Part shown: piece by piece, positions 1 to 14,016 of the stretch
How positions within the stretch are numbered: position 1 is the stretch's first letter
Layout: each line of letters begins with the position of its first letter
Program-made: the position numbers and the translations under genes
Origin: Nageia nagi
Lineage: Eukaryota; Plantae; Pinophyta
Reading direction: 5' to 3'
DNA length: 64,000 bases
Assembly: GCA_050084985.1 (NCBI GenBank)
Contig: JBITNC010000002.1
Span: 23,436,001-23,500,000 of the forward strand
The notes under the pieces: generated by a model
Database searches by the model: none
The model's input: only the letters and a program-made list of their open reading frames with translations
What the model was told of the DNA's origin: nothing

Positions 1-149
1 CATTTATAGTTCCTACATGAAAAATTAAAAACCCAATTAAACTGTATAACATATGATACAAATTAAGTCAACCATTTTAAATCTGAATGAGTAGTTGTAC
101 CATTAATAACTCTCGCCAAGAAGGTAATAAGCTGGTACCTATGTGTTAA

Positions 150-800
150 ACACCACCACTAATATTGCATCCAATTCCAAGGTGATGTGGACTTTTATCC
201 CTCTACAGAACATCACTAGCTAGTCAGTAATGTTCAATATCTCAAGTACTCTTTTACATAATATCACCAAGTTTAACATAGCATAGCGAAAGGATATCCT
301 CTAACCAAATTCGATATATACCCTAGGCATATATTATTTTTGGACCATGTACTGAGATGGCTAGAAACTATTGGAATAGGCTTGGATTGGTAATGGGTGC
401 TTGAATTTGGCTAACTTTGGCCGTGATTCATCCAACATATTTAGTTTTTACTAATTTGAGCATATATGCCCAAGGTATATAGGATATATGCCCATACACA
501 AATTTGGCTGGAGGATAGTTGTATCTCATAACATATCTTATTTGCTTCCTAACTAATGCTATTATTTGGATTAACAAGGTGGGACTATGCCTGGAACTTA
601 GATTATCTGAGCAATGGTTATGGAGCTTAGAATTGGTGAAAGGAAGGGATAATAACAAATAAACATTGGGAACACACCATAAACGCACACAATAATGTGA
701 GTAACTAGAAAATTGAGAATGCTTAATGCAATGTACATCCGTTGTGCTCTATTTCAAGTTTGTTGAGATGAGCAAGGACTAAGGGTATCATATATTTATC
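150..800 (+). mobile_element. Possible LINE ORF2 C-terminal (zf-RVT-like) remnant
   Basis: Manual translation near 325-390 gives YIIFGPCTEMARNYWNRLG, resembling the HLFxxCxxAxxxW motif of plant L1 zf-RVT; otherwise decayed, boundaries approximate. Confidence 0.3.
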
Positions 801-944
801 CATTCAAAGAACATATTTGATCTAGTAGTTGCACATTAAATTATCAACTGTTGTGTATTAAATTATCAATTTTTATAAATTTTTGAGTTAACAAGTAAAC
901 TATAAGTAATCATTTTAAATTTATTTTAAATATATCATTGATAA

Positions 945-1193
945 GGGAGAGGACCCAGTAGTGATACTCTAACTTTACACCTCTTAAAATCCTACTTAAT
1001 AAAGTTAAATCATTCTAAATTTTTTATAGCTTTTTTCTTGCTAATTGTCTAATTTGATAGGTTAAAGTGTTGTTTTGAATAATTTCTACGAAATCTTAAT
1101 TATAAACAAAATATTAAACAAGAAAAAGACTGTAGAAAATTTAAAATAATTCGACTTTATTAAATCAGTTTTAAGAGTAGTGGGTACTTTCCT
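945..1193. mobile_element. MITE (Tourist/PIF-Harbinger-like) about 470 bp upstream of the OMT ATG
   Basis: Long imperfect inverted arms: GGAGAGGACCCAGTAG..CTCTTAAAATCCTACTTAATAAAGTTAAATCATTCTAAATTTTTTATAG vs the reverse complement of CTGTAGAAAATTTAAAATAATTCGACTTTATTAAATCAGTTTTAAGAGTAGTGGGTACTTTCCT; preceded by TAA. Confidence 0.65.
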
Positions 1194-1274
1194 CTCACTT
1201 CCCATTAACTTTTCTCTTCTAAACATTTTTCTAACTGTTACATCTTTTGACACAATCAGTAGCTGACATCCCTC

Positions 1275-1658
1275 TTACCCACAGGGAGGAGGAGGAGGAG
1301 TTGTACTTATATTAGCTGTTATCCACAGGAAGCATTCAAATTCGATCCGTGGTTAGCACTAGCTCTTTTCATCTGAATCTGACCATTTTTCTGTAATTGG
1401 CACACCTTTAACACAATCTGTACCTAGCATTGCTGTTACCCACACGGAGAAGCTGTTGTTTTACGCATATAAGCTTTATGACATCTGTCCTCAAAGGGAT
1501 GGTCCACCGTTGAGTGCCCGACATTATTTCTAGTTAATGAAATGAAGCCAAAAAAAAAAAAACACTAGACGATCAGTTCACCTCTCCCCGTCAGTCCTCG
1601 CTAAACTATCTCATAGGCTATTATAAACTCAAGTCCGTTGTGCTTCGCAGGAAACAAA
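1275..1658 (+). promoter_or_regulatory. Proximal promoter of the CCoAOMT-like gene: three (GCTG)TTAYCCACA(C)GG motifs and a TATA box
   Basis: Motif copies at 1275-1287, 1315-1330, 1432-1448; TATAAA at 1622-1627; CpGs retained here, unlike the surrounding TE DNA. Confidence 0.5.
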
Positions 1659-2774
<1,116 letters not shown>

Positions 2775-3556
2775 ACCTTTTTTTGAGGAGGACACGTATT
2801 TCACCTAGTAGAAACGAATAAATTTGTTTGTATGTTTTTGTTAGTTTGTGAGCATGGGGAAGTATGAAAGACTAAGGTAATCTAGTTGTTATGAAAGACT
2901 ACTTGAAGCTCTGATGCTTTGAAACTATTCACTCCTCAACACCATTTTTATTATTCAAGTAATTAGTGCATTTTTTTTAACACTCTTTTATTACATTATA
3001 TTGCATGACATTAAATTATTAATGATATCAAATATGTTAGATATTTAATATCATATCTATTTTTATTATTTTATTTTATATTGCATTATATCTTTCGAAC
3101 ATTAAAAAGAAAATCTTGAAAAATCTTTAGATTTTTACACGTAAGATATTTTAGTAAAGATATTTGTATGGTTATTTGTGAAGGAAATTGAAAATGTAAA
3201 ATTAGTTTTAAAGATGCTGGAAATGAAGTGGTATTAAATTTTAATATACTTTGTGCACTCATGAAAAATATGATTACAAACTAAGCTTAGAACCCCATGA
3301 TTATCATAGTGCAAGATCACATCTTATTATTATGAAATGCCTATTCTTCTCAGCTAAAACATGGGAATATCACTTTGCAAATAGCATCTTCCATGGCATG
3401 GTATTTTTTTCTATGGGGGAATTAGAAACATTTCTTTGCTTCTTATACTACTTCAATAGATTAAATTTGATCAAAAAGAGAAACATTGCTTTGCTTCTTA
3501 TACTAGACTTCAATAAACTAGATTGGATCCAAAAAGAGCTACACAATTATATGTGG

Positions 3557-3746
3557 ATCTCTCATTATCAATGTGCCTACTATAATCTTTATCTATGTAA
3601 GTAAACAAGAAGAATCGGTCATTTTATTTGTACTCTAGTCCATATTGAAATCTCTTATGATCAATGTGCTTATTATAATCTTCATCTATGTATGTAGATG
3701 AGAAGAATTGGTCATTCTATTTATATTATAGTCCATATTGAAATCT
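3557..3746. repeat. Degenerate tandem duplication, period 93 bp, 2 copies
   Basis: TCAATGTGC at 3568 and 3661; both units end AGTCCATATTGAAATCT. Confidence 0.85.
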
Positions 3747-4595
3747 AATGTGGATATATCTCAAAAACTTACTTCATAACCTTTAATGATATATCTTTGG
3801 TTCTTACATGAACCTTGAAAGATAGCTAGTAATATCGATGAAATTTAGTTGACTATTGGTAACATAAATAAGACCTTGAATTAATTGGTGATAACTTATT
3901 CCATTATCTTAGACGAATATTCAAAATATTGTAACCCTATCTCCATTATTGTAAATATAGGTATTAGGTTTTCCCTATCTTCAATATAGGATATAAAAAT
4001 GAAATAGAATAAGATATACCATGTCAAATGTTATTTTTAAATCATTCTTCATCTTACCAATTAGATTATCCTTACTACTTGTAAGGATAAGTGTTGACAC
4101 CTGATTTGAAACACTTTTTGGGCTCAAAATATTTACCATATGATCCTTAAAATATTATGATCATCAAAGGTTAACATTTAAGTAATATCTTATGCATGTT
4201 TCTCTTTATTTATTTTAAGGCCCATCATTATTGGTGTTACTTGATAATGGTGCTACATGGTATATCTTATGTCTATAAAATGGAGAAACATATATTCATG
4301 GAATGGATATCAAATATTCATCTCGATAAGACCTTGCATATATATACTCTCAAGGATAGTTATGCTATATTTTGATGCCATATATTGATATTGGGATCTA
4401 TCATACTCCAAAGTTGTCTATCATTCTTTCGTAATATATACTAGACTAGGCTTACTTATGATTATGCTACTAATGGATCTAGGATTAATTGATCTAATTG
4501 TAGATGATAAAATGCAACCCTAAACTATAGTAAAGGCAGAAGCAATGACATATACTTTAATTAATGAGAAAAGATACTTTATTTTTCACAATCAC

Positions 4596-7500
4596 TCAAT
4601 AATTAATAGAAATAACTCAAGATAATATAAATAACAAAATTGAAGTAGTGATATGGCTATAACATGCCCTAACCTATGAGATGATGGATAATAGACACAT
4701 ATTTCCTACTTACCTGGACGAAGAATATACAATTGAGAAGTGGATGAACATAAGGATTTAGATCTCATGTATTAAGATGATACCTTGCATGTAACCAACT
4801 ACTAATGCTGGCCATAGTGTTGGTGCTAGGGATCCTAAGGATACAAGTTATTCACTTTGGCATTGATGTCATTCACACTTATTCTAGGATAATGGTGAAG
4901 TAAATGATATGGCTCTTGAGTGTAACAAATTATAATCTTGATCAGTGGTATTGAATAACACCAACAAGTTTACTAGATATATACATAATATTATCAAGAT
5001 AAAATATTGATAGTCTTCCCATGCATATAATTCCCAATTTATAGGTTTAGGAATATATTTGAATGCACCTTGGCATCTTAGCACTGATGCTAGTGGTCCA
5101 ATCTACAAAATAAAAGAATTAAATATGAGAAGTAACTTAGGTAGATCATAAGCAATATATGAAATATAATACAATGTCATATTAATCATAATATAGTGAG
5201 GCTTATGTGGCATGTAGTTTGTCCTAAAAAGGATGCCTAATTATGTGTCAACACATGCCAACCTTTGCAAGTTTTAATGTAGTAAATTCAAATTAATGTT
5301 TGTAAAGTAAAGAAGAGAAAAAAAATATTCCTATTTTTTCATGGATCTTCATAGAATCAACAATTTATTAGTGATGTATTCTACCCCTTCTTTGCATTGG
5401 TTGTTGTTGGAGTGACCAACAAGAAGCAATTGCAAAGAACTTGTGAAAAAATAGAAATACCCTAAAAGATCATAAGAGCATTATGCATTTCATCATGTAA
5501 AAATAAGCATGTAAGAGCAAAGATGAAATAAATATAATACCTAGGAGCTTTCATCACCCATAGATATAATAAATTGATACAAGATACATTAATGAAAGAA
5601 ACACCAAGGAATTGATTGTTTATAATAACAATAATCATGATGGTTATTTAAAATCCAATAAAAAAAGGTGAGCATAAGAAAATTTAGTGATAGTTAGTTT
5701 AAACCCAACCAACAAAGTTGTTCATAAAGCATTTGTAATGTAATCACAATGAACTATATCATTGAAGGTATCCTTTACCCTAGATACCATCAAGAAGACA
5801 TGTGTACACTTGTGATGGTTAAATATTTCCCAACTAAAAAAGGATGTGAGCATAGATTAAATTCATGGAGGAAAAACTAAGTAGAAGTGATGAGGAGAAA
5901 CAAAACAAAGGTTGTTTTATGATTATCATAGACAAAAATAAGAACCTATGGTGTTCAACTAGTTGGGCATTGAAGGGAAGTGAGACAAGAATGAAATCAC
6001 ATGTAGGAATCCAATTAGATGGTAAATATAAAAACAAAGGTGAAAAGAAGAGTATAGAGTAGAGGTAAATTTAAATAGTAAGGATGAATATGAGAAGGTC
6101 ACTACTATGGAACCTCAAATTTCTATAAATCTTAAGGATGATGAAATAATAGTGAATCTCAAAGAGCTACAAACTAGAGTCATAATATACAAGATCAAAG
6201 ATCAGCATGTGAATTGTAAAGACCTATTACAATATGCAATAGATAATTTTCAATATCATGGTGTGGTTAGTTTGAGGATACTCCTTTGCAACTTTTTTTA
6301 TGTTCATTTTTGAAAATATTGATAATTGTAAATGGGTTATAAAGCAAAAACTCAATTGGTTCTTTGGGAAAAGGGAAATCTATATAACAAAATGGTCTAA
6401 AACATTTAAATCATTACTAAGAAGGTGAATGGATATCCAATTTGGATCAATATATATGGATTACCAATGGAATTATGGAGTTAAAAAGGTTTAGCAAAGA
6501 TAGTAAGAGCTACTGGAATGTTTGCAATCCTAGATGATTACACTAAGGAAAATATGAAAACTCATTTTGATATGAGAAAGTTTAGATTAGCCATATGGAT
6601 GAAATTATCTACTCCATGGTAAAAAACCATATCCCTTTCTTCAAGCTAAGGATATTATGTATAAAATATTAACTATGAGAGTTATTCCATCACGTGCTAT
6701 TATTACAAACAAATCGGCCATAAGATTTAGAACTACACAAAAAGGAAGAAGACTCAAATCCCAAAATAGCAATAATTGAGGAGAATTCATTTGAGAAAAA
6801 TGAGGAATATGGAAAAGAGGATAATAACAAGATGATATATAAAAAAGTTTCTAAACTTGAAGATTTATTGGAAAAGGAAGGTGAAAAAATTAAACATGAG
6901 AAAACTTAGTACAACAAAACCAAATAAATAACACAACAAAATGAAGCAAATGCTAAGAATGAAAGTGAGAGATATCATCAAATGTAGAAGTTAGTTGAAG
7001 GATCCAGGTATGATGAAAATATGCATAATGGATAATATATGAACAAAACAGAGAATAAAATACCCATTGAACCTTTGGTTCAAAATTACAAGACACGAGT
7101 GGGAGAATGTAATATGATAAGGATTTCAAATTCTAAATTCCAAATTGGGTAGCTTGAGGAATAGTCAAATCACTATGGATGGGAATGAACCTCCATTGAT
7201 CCCTAGGAAGTAAAAAAAGGATGAGAGTTTTCAAAATTTAAATTTTGAGATCAACATCTTTAATATCTCATAAATATAATCTATTGATACTTAATTTTTG
7301 TAGTATCTATATTATATAACATATATGCTTTATGTTTGTGCTATGATAGATATAACTTTTTGTAAAAGGTTCCTAAAGAACCTTTTCAAAAACTTGTATT
7401 TTTTATTATTATCAAATTTACCTAAAATTAATTAAAGTAACAAAGGATATGAGCATATAATATTCAAACATTAGAAAATATGAGCTTTCATTTTCCATAG

Positions 7501-8594
7501 ACTTTTCTTAGGTATAAGTATATGCAATGAGAGGAACTTTTCTTTCATCATATAAAGATATATTAATGATATAGGAACATAAATGAAAGAAATATTGTAA
7601 TACCAGGAATTCAATTTACATAGGAAATAAAAGCTTTCATTACCCATTGATTTGTCATTAGCAAAACAATCATTAATGAAAGAAATTCAATCATAGAACA
7701 TGCAAGCTTTCATCATCCATAGAAAATGATCATAAATAAAAGAAACATTACATAATATAGGATAATATTTTACTCAAGAAAATATTTGAGAACATGAGCA
7801 TTGAATATCATGTGCAAATATGAAATCAAAGAACTATATTTAGTAAATAAAGGGATATAACATAATAAATACTTTCTTTGTAATTACTTGGAGGTATGCC
7901 CCCAGTTATTCTCCTTTGGAAAATATAATATTTACCTTTTCTTGCCCTAGCATTGAGGAACATTTATAAATTTGAAGTACCTCTGAGATCTGATAATATC
8001 ATTTGACTATCAAATAGTAAAACTAAAGCTTCTTTCTACGGTTATCTTAAGAATTTAGAAAATTACTCATTAAGGATACTTACCTATCAATGCTAGTGCT
8101 ACCCTTTGCACTAGAACTTATTAATTTAAGGTAATTTTATTTCAAGCATCATGTATTGGACTAAATATTTCATTAAATTATTCTTGAGGAAACTTTTAGT
8201 CATTTATTACAAAAATTTAATGCCTCAAAATATGTGTCCTATTTTGAGTTTTAAATAGGGTAGGATCGTTATCATTTATCACTATCAATTTTCATTTTTT
8301 TGTAAGGCATTTCATGGTTTTATAAGTTTGATGCACTTTATTAGAGGTAATTTTGGGATTTTAATGATTATGAGTGATTTATCACTTATTGGAGGCTATG
8401 AAGGTTATAATTACAAAGCAAGATGATCACAAAGTGTATGTGTTGTAGTCTAACCTAGATTCTTATCATGTGGTGAATTCTAAATACTTTAGGTATTTTT
8501 ATTATAACTTGTTTTACAATTAAAATCAAGTTTATTATGAAATTTATTGTTTAATTTTTGTTTAGTGGTAAATGAAGTGTAAATTACTAGGGCA
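4596..8594. repeat. ~4.0-kb tandem duplication, copy 1
   Basis: Starts TCAATAATTAATAGAAATAACTCAAGATAAT, ends ..GTGGTAAATGAAGTGTAAATTACTAGGGCA; colinear with copy 2 throughout. Confidence 0.92.
5857..7441 (+). mobile_element. Short L1-clade element containing only a decayed ORF1 (DUF4283/RRM-like + zinc knuckle), copy 1
   Basis: ..NFF.FIFENIDNCKWVIKQKLNWFFGKREIYITKW..YPIWINIYGLPMELWS..NINYESYSITCYYYKQIGH; A-rich 3' end; flanked by AAAGGATGTGAGCATAGA (5839-5856) and AAAGGATATGAGCATATA (7442-7459). Confidence 0.8.
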
Positions 8595-10700
8595 TCGATA
8601 ACTAATGGAAATAACTCAAGATAATACTAATAACAAAATTGAAGTAGTGATATGGTTATAACATGCCCTAACCTATGAGATGATGGATAATAGATGTGTA
8701 CTTGTTACTTTCCTGGACAATGAAGATACAATTGAGAAGAAGTGGGCAAACATAAGGATTTAGATCTCATGTCTTAAGATGATACCTTGCATGTTTCCAA
8801 CTACTAACGCTGACCATAGTGTTGATGCTAGGGATCCTAAAGATATAAGTTATTCACTTTTGCACTAATGCCATTCACTCTTCTTCTAAGATAATGATGA
8901 AGTAAATTATAGTTGTTAAGTGTAATAAATTCTAATCTTGACAAGTGGTGTTGAAGAACACCACCAAGTTTGTGAGAGATATATACAATCTTATCAAGAT
9001 GAAATCTTGATAGTCTTCCTATGCATATAATTCTTAATTTATAGGTTTAGGAATATATTTGAATGCACCTTGGCATGTTAGTACTGAGGTGGTTCAACCT
9101 ACAAAATAAGGGAATAACACATGAGAAGTAACTTAAGTAGATCATAAGTAATATTTGAAATATAGCATAATATTGTATTAATTATAACATAGTGAGGGTT
9201 ATATAACATGTAGTTTGGCTCGAAAAGGATATCAAATTATGTGTCCCCCCTTTTCAAGTTTTAATGAAGTAAATTGAAATTAATTCTTGCGAAGTAAAGA
9301 AGAGAAAAATAAACTTCTTAGTTTTTCATGAATCTTCATAGAATCAATAATTTATTAGTGATGTATTCTACCCATTCTTTACATTGGTTATTGTTGGAGT
9401 GGAAAATAATATGCAAATGCAAAGAACTTATGAAAAAGTAGAAATATCCTTCCAATATCATAAGAGCATTGCATATTTTATCTTAGAAAAATAAGCATTT
9501 AAGAGAAAAAATGAAATAAATATAATACCTAAAAGCTTTCATAACCCATAGATATTAAAAATTGATACAAGATACATTAATGAAAGAAACTCTAAGGCAT
9601 TGATGGTTCATAACAACAATCATAGTGATGGTTGTTTAAAAGCCAACCAATAAAGGTGATCATAAATATATATAGTGATGGTTAGTTAAAAACCAACCAA
9701 AAAAGGTGTTCATAAAGTATTTTTAATATCATCACAATGAACTATATCATTGTAGGTATCCTTTACCTTAGATACCACTAAGAATATTTGTAAACACTAG
9801 TGATGGTTAATTATTTGCCAACCAAGAAAGGATGTGAGCATAGATTGAAGTCATGGAGGCAAAATGAAGTGGAAGTTATGAGGAGAAATGTAGTATTAAT
9901 TATGAGGAGGAATGAAACAAAGGTCATTTTGTGATTAGCATAGATACAAATGGGAACCTATGGTGCTCAACTAGCTAGGCATCGATCAAAAGTGAGACAA
10001 GAATAAAATCACATGCAAGAGATCAATTAGATGGTAAATAGAAAAATAGAGGTAAAAAGAAAAGTGTAGAGTAGAGAGAAATAAATAGTAAGGAGGAATC
10101 TAAGAAGGTCACTAGTGAGGAACCTCAAATTTTTATCAATCTTGAGGATGATGAAATAATAGTGAATCTCAAAGAGATACAAACTAGAGTCATCATATGC
10201 AATATTAGAGGTCAATGTATGGATAATGAAGACCTATTGCAATATGTAATAAATAATTTTCAATGTGAGGGTGAGTTTAGTTTGAGGCTAATCCCTTGCA
10301 ATTTTTTCATGTTCATTTTTGAAAATATTGATGATTGTAAATGGGTTATGAAGCATAAATGCAATTGGTTCTTTGGGCAAAGGGCAATCAATATTCAAAA
10401 ATGGTATAAAATATTTAACTCCCTTACTAAGAAGGTAAATGAGTATCTAGTTTGGATCAATTCGTATGTATTACCAACATAATTATGGAGTAAAAAATAT
10501 TTAGTAAAGATAGGAAGAGCTATTGGATTATTTCAAGCCCAAATGATTATACAAAGGGATACAAAAAAACTCATTTTTATATAAGAAAGGCTAGATTAGC
10601 TATATGGATGAAATTATGTACTCCATGGCCAGAAACCTTATTCTGATCTTCAAGTTGGAGATCTTATGTTAAAAACATATAATATGAGAGTTATTCCATC

Positions 10701-12417
10701 TGTGAGATCCACCTTGTTTAGTTAATGGGTCCAAAATGCTCATCTTTGTAATATAATTTATTTAAGTATTTGCACTTTAATGTTGTAATTTAGGATAAAA
10801 GACTTAATGGGTTAATGGACCTTACTATGAGCCCCAAGTGGAACATCTCCCTCCTAAGGATAGATTAGGCATTGATTATGTACTTAGAGATCCTAATAAT
10901 GATTATGGGAATACCAAGGTCTATTTCTACATTTAAATGATGACTAGATTATTAATTAATCATGCCAACCTTAGGGAGATCCCCACACCCCCATGTTGGT
11001 TCAGTTTGATCCTAGGACTCCCACTCATGATTCTTTGGCCCACATGGGCATGCATGGTACATCTAGGACTGAACATTCATACTTAATGCATTTTAGACCC
11101 CTACATTGGTATGCATAACCCCTAGGCACCCATGTTAGGTGTTTTGGACCCCTAGGAGGACAATATTGAATTAGATGAGCTAGGAGATGATTCTTAGGTG
11201 AGATCTGGACAAAGAAAATGTATAACTAGACACTAGAGCCTCATTATAAGATACATTAATTATTATTTTTTCTACTATAGTCCATCAAAAAAGAAGTCTT
11301 AGCAATGCTAAGTAACCTTTCCTAGGTGCAATGTGTAGAGGGCATTCAGGTTAAAGGATCCTTTTTGTCTATGATAATGGTATAGTACCTTTTCCCATTT
11401 AGTGGTATTCTAAGGTATTACTTCTATATTTAGTGGTTTATAGGATCTAAGGAGGGCCCATTCAATGGGGAGGATTCTTATTTTGAAGAAGTGTACTCTC
11501 CCATGGTTTGATCATCAATTTAGTGAGAGAGGCTATTTGCATTATGCCCTAGTTGGATCCTTGGAGGCCAATATCAGTCTATGATGGATTGGTATTGTAT
11601 ACACCATCATTATATATCATTTGTATAGATAGAGGGAATTATATCTCATATTTTTATTGTCTACTCCATAATTGTACATGTGTTGGGTTGTGATTTATTA
11701 TTTGTGTATGTATGAGCCATGCATTGGCATTGTTATGTGATATTCATTGTGGCATGCTAGATGTTAGTACATGGATGTTGTAATTGCTTAATATTGTAAC
11801 ACTAGCTTAGACATATTGGAAATTGTAATGTAATATTATGTAATATTTCTCTTTAATGTTTTTATTCACTTAATGCTTAAAGTATCTTTAGATACCTTAA
11901 AGCATTAAGAGAATAAATTTAGAAAGAGGAATAAATATAGAAACACCTTTAACCTTATGCTTGGGTAAAAGGAAGGTTAAAGGTTGGGTTTCTTCTTATA
12001 AACAAATAGGTACCCCTCTCATTATGTAACTTGATGAATCATGGTAATGCTTATCTTATAGAGTTATAGGAATGCTTTTGTAGGAGCTTTGTAGTAGAAT
12101 TCTTGAGAAAATAGTAGGAGAGTTATCTTATAAGAAGTAATAGAATGATGGTTCAAAGTGGATGTGCTCCCAAGAGATGGAGGAACCACTATACATGGTG
12201 TGTTATATTTTGTGATTATTTTCTTACTTTGCTAGATGAATGTTAGATTTTTTGGAAAAGCTTCAAGGAGATATTGGTTTATGGAATCCTTCAATTCCAT
12301 CAAGATGTTGGTAATTTTATATATTGTATGCTTGTAAATGATTCCCTACACCTAATGTCAAGGTTTTTGTAATCGAATTTGCTAATTATTTATTAAGTTC
12401 CATTTTGGATCCTTACA
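10701..12417 (+). mobile_element. Gypsy solo LTR
   Basis: TGTGAGATCC..GGATCCTTACA termini; perfect 5-bp TSD CCATC (10696-10700, 12418-12422); empty site CCATC at 6687-6691 in copy 1; shares blocks such as GAGCCCCAAGTGG and CTTAGAGATCCTAATAATGATTATGGGAAT with the LTRs at 36457-42160 and 45629-50901. Confidence 0.9.
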
Positions 12418-12623
12418 CCATCAAGTGCTATTGTTGTCAACAAATGAGCCATAATATTTAGAATTGCATAAAAAGGAACAAGATTAAAATCCCAAAAGAG
12501 AAATAATTGAGGAGAATTCATTTGTGGAAAATTAGGAATATGAAAAAGATGAAAATAGCAAGATGGCACATAAAGAAATTACTAAACCTGAAGATCTACC
12601 AGAAAATAAAGGTGAAGAAAAAA

Positions 12624-14016
12624 TATTATAGTTTATTCTACTTAGGTATATTTTTACTTAAGTTCTTCTAGGAGATTAGGATTATTTCATTTATCATTTT
12701 CCTAGTTTATTTTAGGTTCATAACAAATTCTAGTTATGATTCCCTCACATGTATAATGTGTACCTTGCCTATTTATGCAAGGGTTTCTCACTAAAAAATT
12801 CAATTCACTTTCTCTACATGGTATTATAGCATAGGCTTTCTCTAAACCTACCCTTATAGAATTTCATTATAGAATATATAAGGGGGGATTGGTTTTGATC
12901 CAATCCCCCTCCCTCCATCTTTTTTTTAGTTTTTTGCATGAGATCTTGTGGCAGGTAGTGACCTATGTATTTGTTAAATCAAATTCATGTTTGTGAATAT
13001 GAGTTGTTATACCTAAATTTGGTTGATCACATGTTTGGATCCTTTTTTGATCTGAGCATGTGTATTTTTGAGAGTTTATTTTTGTAGTGGCTCATAGGTT
13101 TGTGTTTAGTAGTTCTCTATCACACTAGATTTGTATTTTCTCTTTATTCACAGTGTGTGAGTGTGAAGGCTATTTGAGAAAATATACATATTTGAAAGTA
13201 TGATCATTGAATACTGTAGTTATGCATCAATATCATCAGTCCTTTATAGATCAAAATTCACATCCTTGGTGACTTTGATGTCTCCTCCTCTTTAACATCA
13301 TTCGAATTTTTGGTGGCTACAAGTCATTGATTTGCTCTCTATATAGCTTATGATTGATTTATGTTATTTAGTGGGTCTTTGTACTTCATAATTTTTTTTA
13401 TTGTTGGTTTCCCCCTATAGATCCCTTGTTGTCCTCCAATATTTTCAATGCTTCTTGGTAACTAAGTGTTTATTAGGATGAGATCTGGGAATCATTATTT
13501 GTTTCTTTAACTAGCTTATTTGCTCTTTAGATAGAGGTCATGTTATTTTGCATGATAGATCTGATGGTTTGAGGGACTCTCTTTGTTGGTGTTTATCAAG
13601 TACTATTATTCATCTCACTCATGCATATTAGTAGCTCTATTATCATGATTTTATTGGAGGTTCTTCGCTCTTTAGATGGACTTATTCATTGTATTTGGCC
13701 TCCTTACAATGTCTTTGTGCTTGATTCCTTTTGTACATGGGTACCTCATGAGGCTTTATTACTAGGACCCATATTTTTATAGATTTTTTTATAGTATCTC
13801 CTAGTATCACTCAAGGAGAGGTGTTAGTGTTTATTTTACTTAGGTACATTTTTACTTAAGTTCTTTTAGGAGGTTAGGATTATTTTATTTGTGTTTTTCC
13901 TAATTTATTTTGGGTTCATCACAAATTCTTGTTATGATTCCCTCACATGTATTATGTGTACCTTGCCTATTTATGCAAGCATTTATCACTTGAAAATTTG
14001 ATTCAATTTCTTTACA
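12624..14016 (+). mobile_element. Non-autonomous short-LTR retroelement (TRIM/large-TRIM-like)
   Basis: 195-bp LTRs at 12624-12818 and 13822-14016; degenerate iMet PBS TGGTATTATAGC 12819-12830; PPT AAGGAGAGG before 13822; TSD AAAAA; ~1.0 kb interior with no ORF of 60 aa or more; empty site in copy 1 at ~6883. Confidence 0.9.

Noticed and set aside
3251-3604. 117-aa ORF as a gene
   Set aside because: Non-ATG start, AT-rich codon content, no recognisable motif.
4596-8594. 4-kb repeats as giant LTRs or a clear-cut Helitron array
   Set aside because: The copies abut with no internal region or PBS; the unit end lacks a hairpin and CTAG is not conserved in copy 2.
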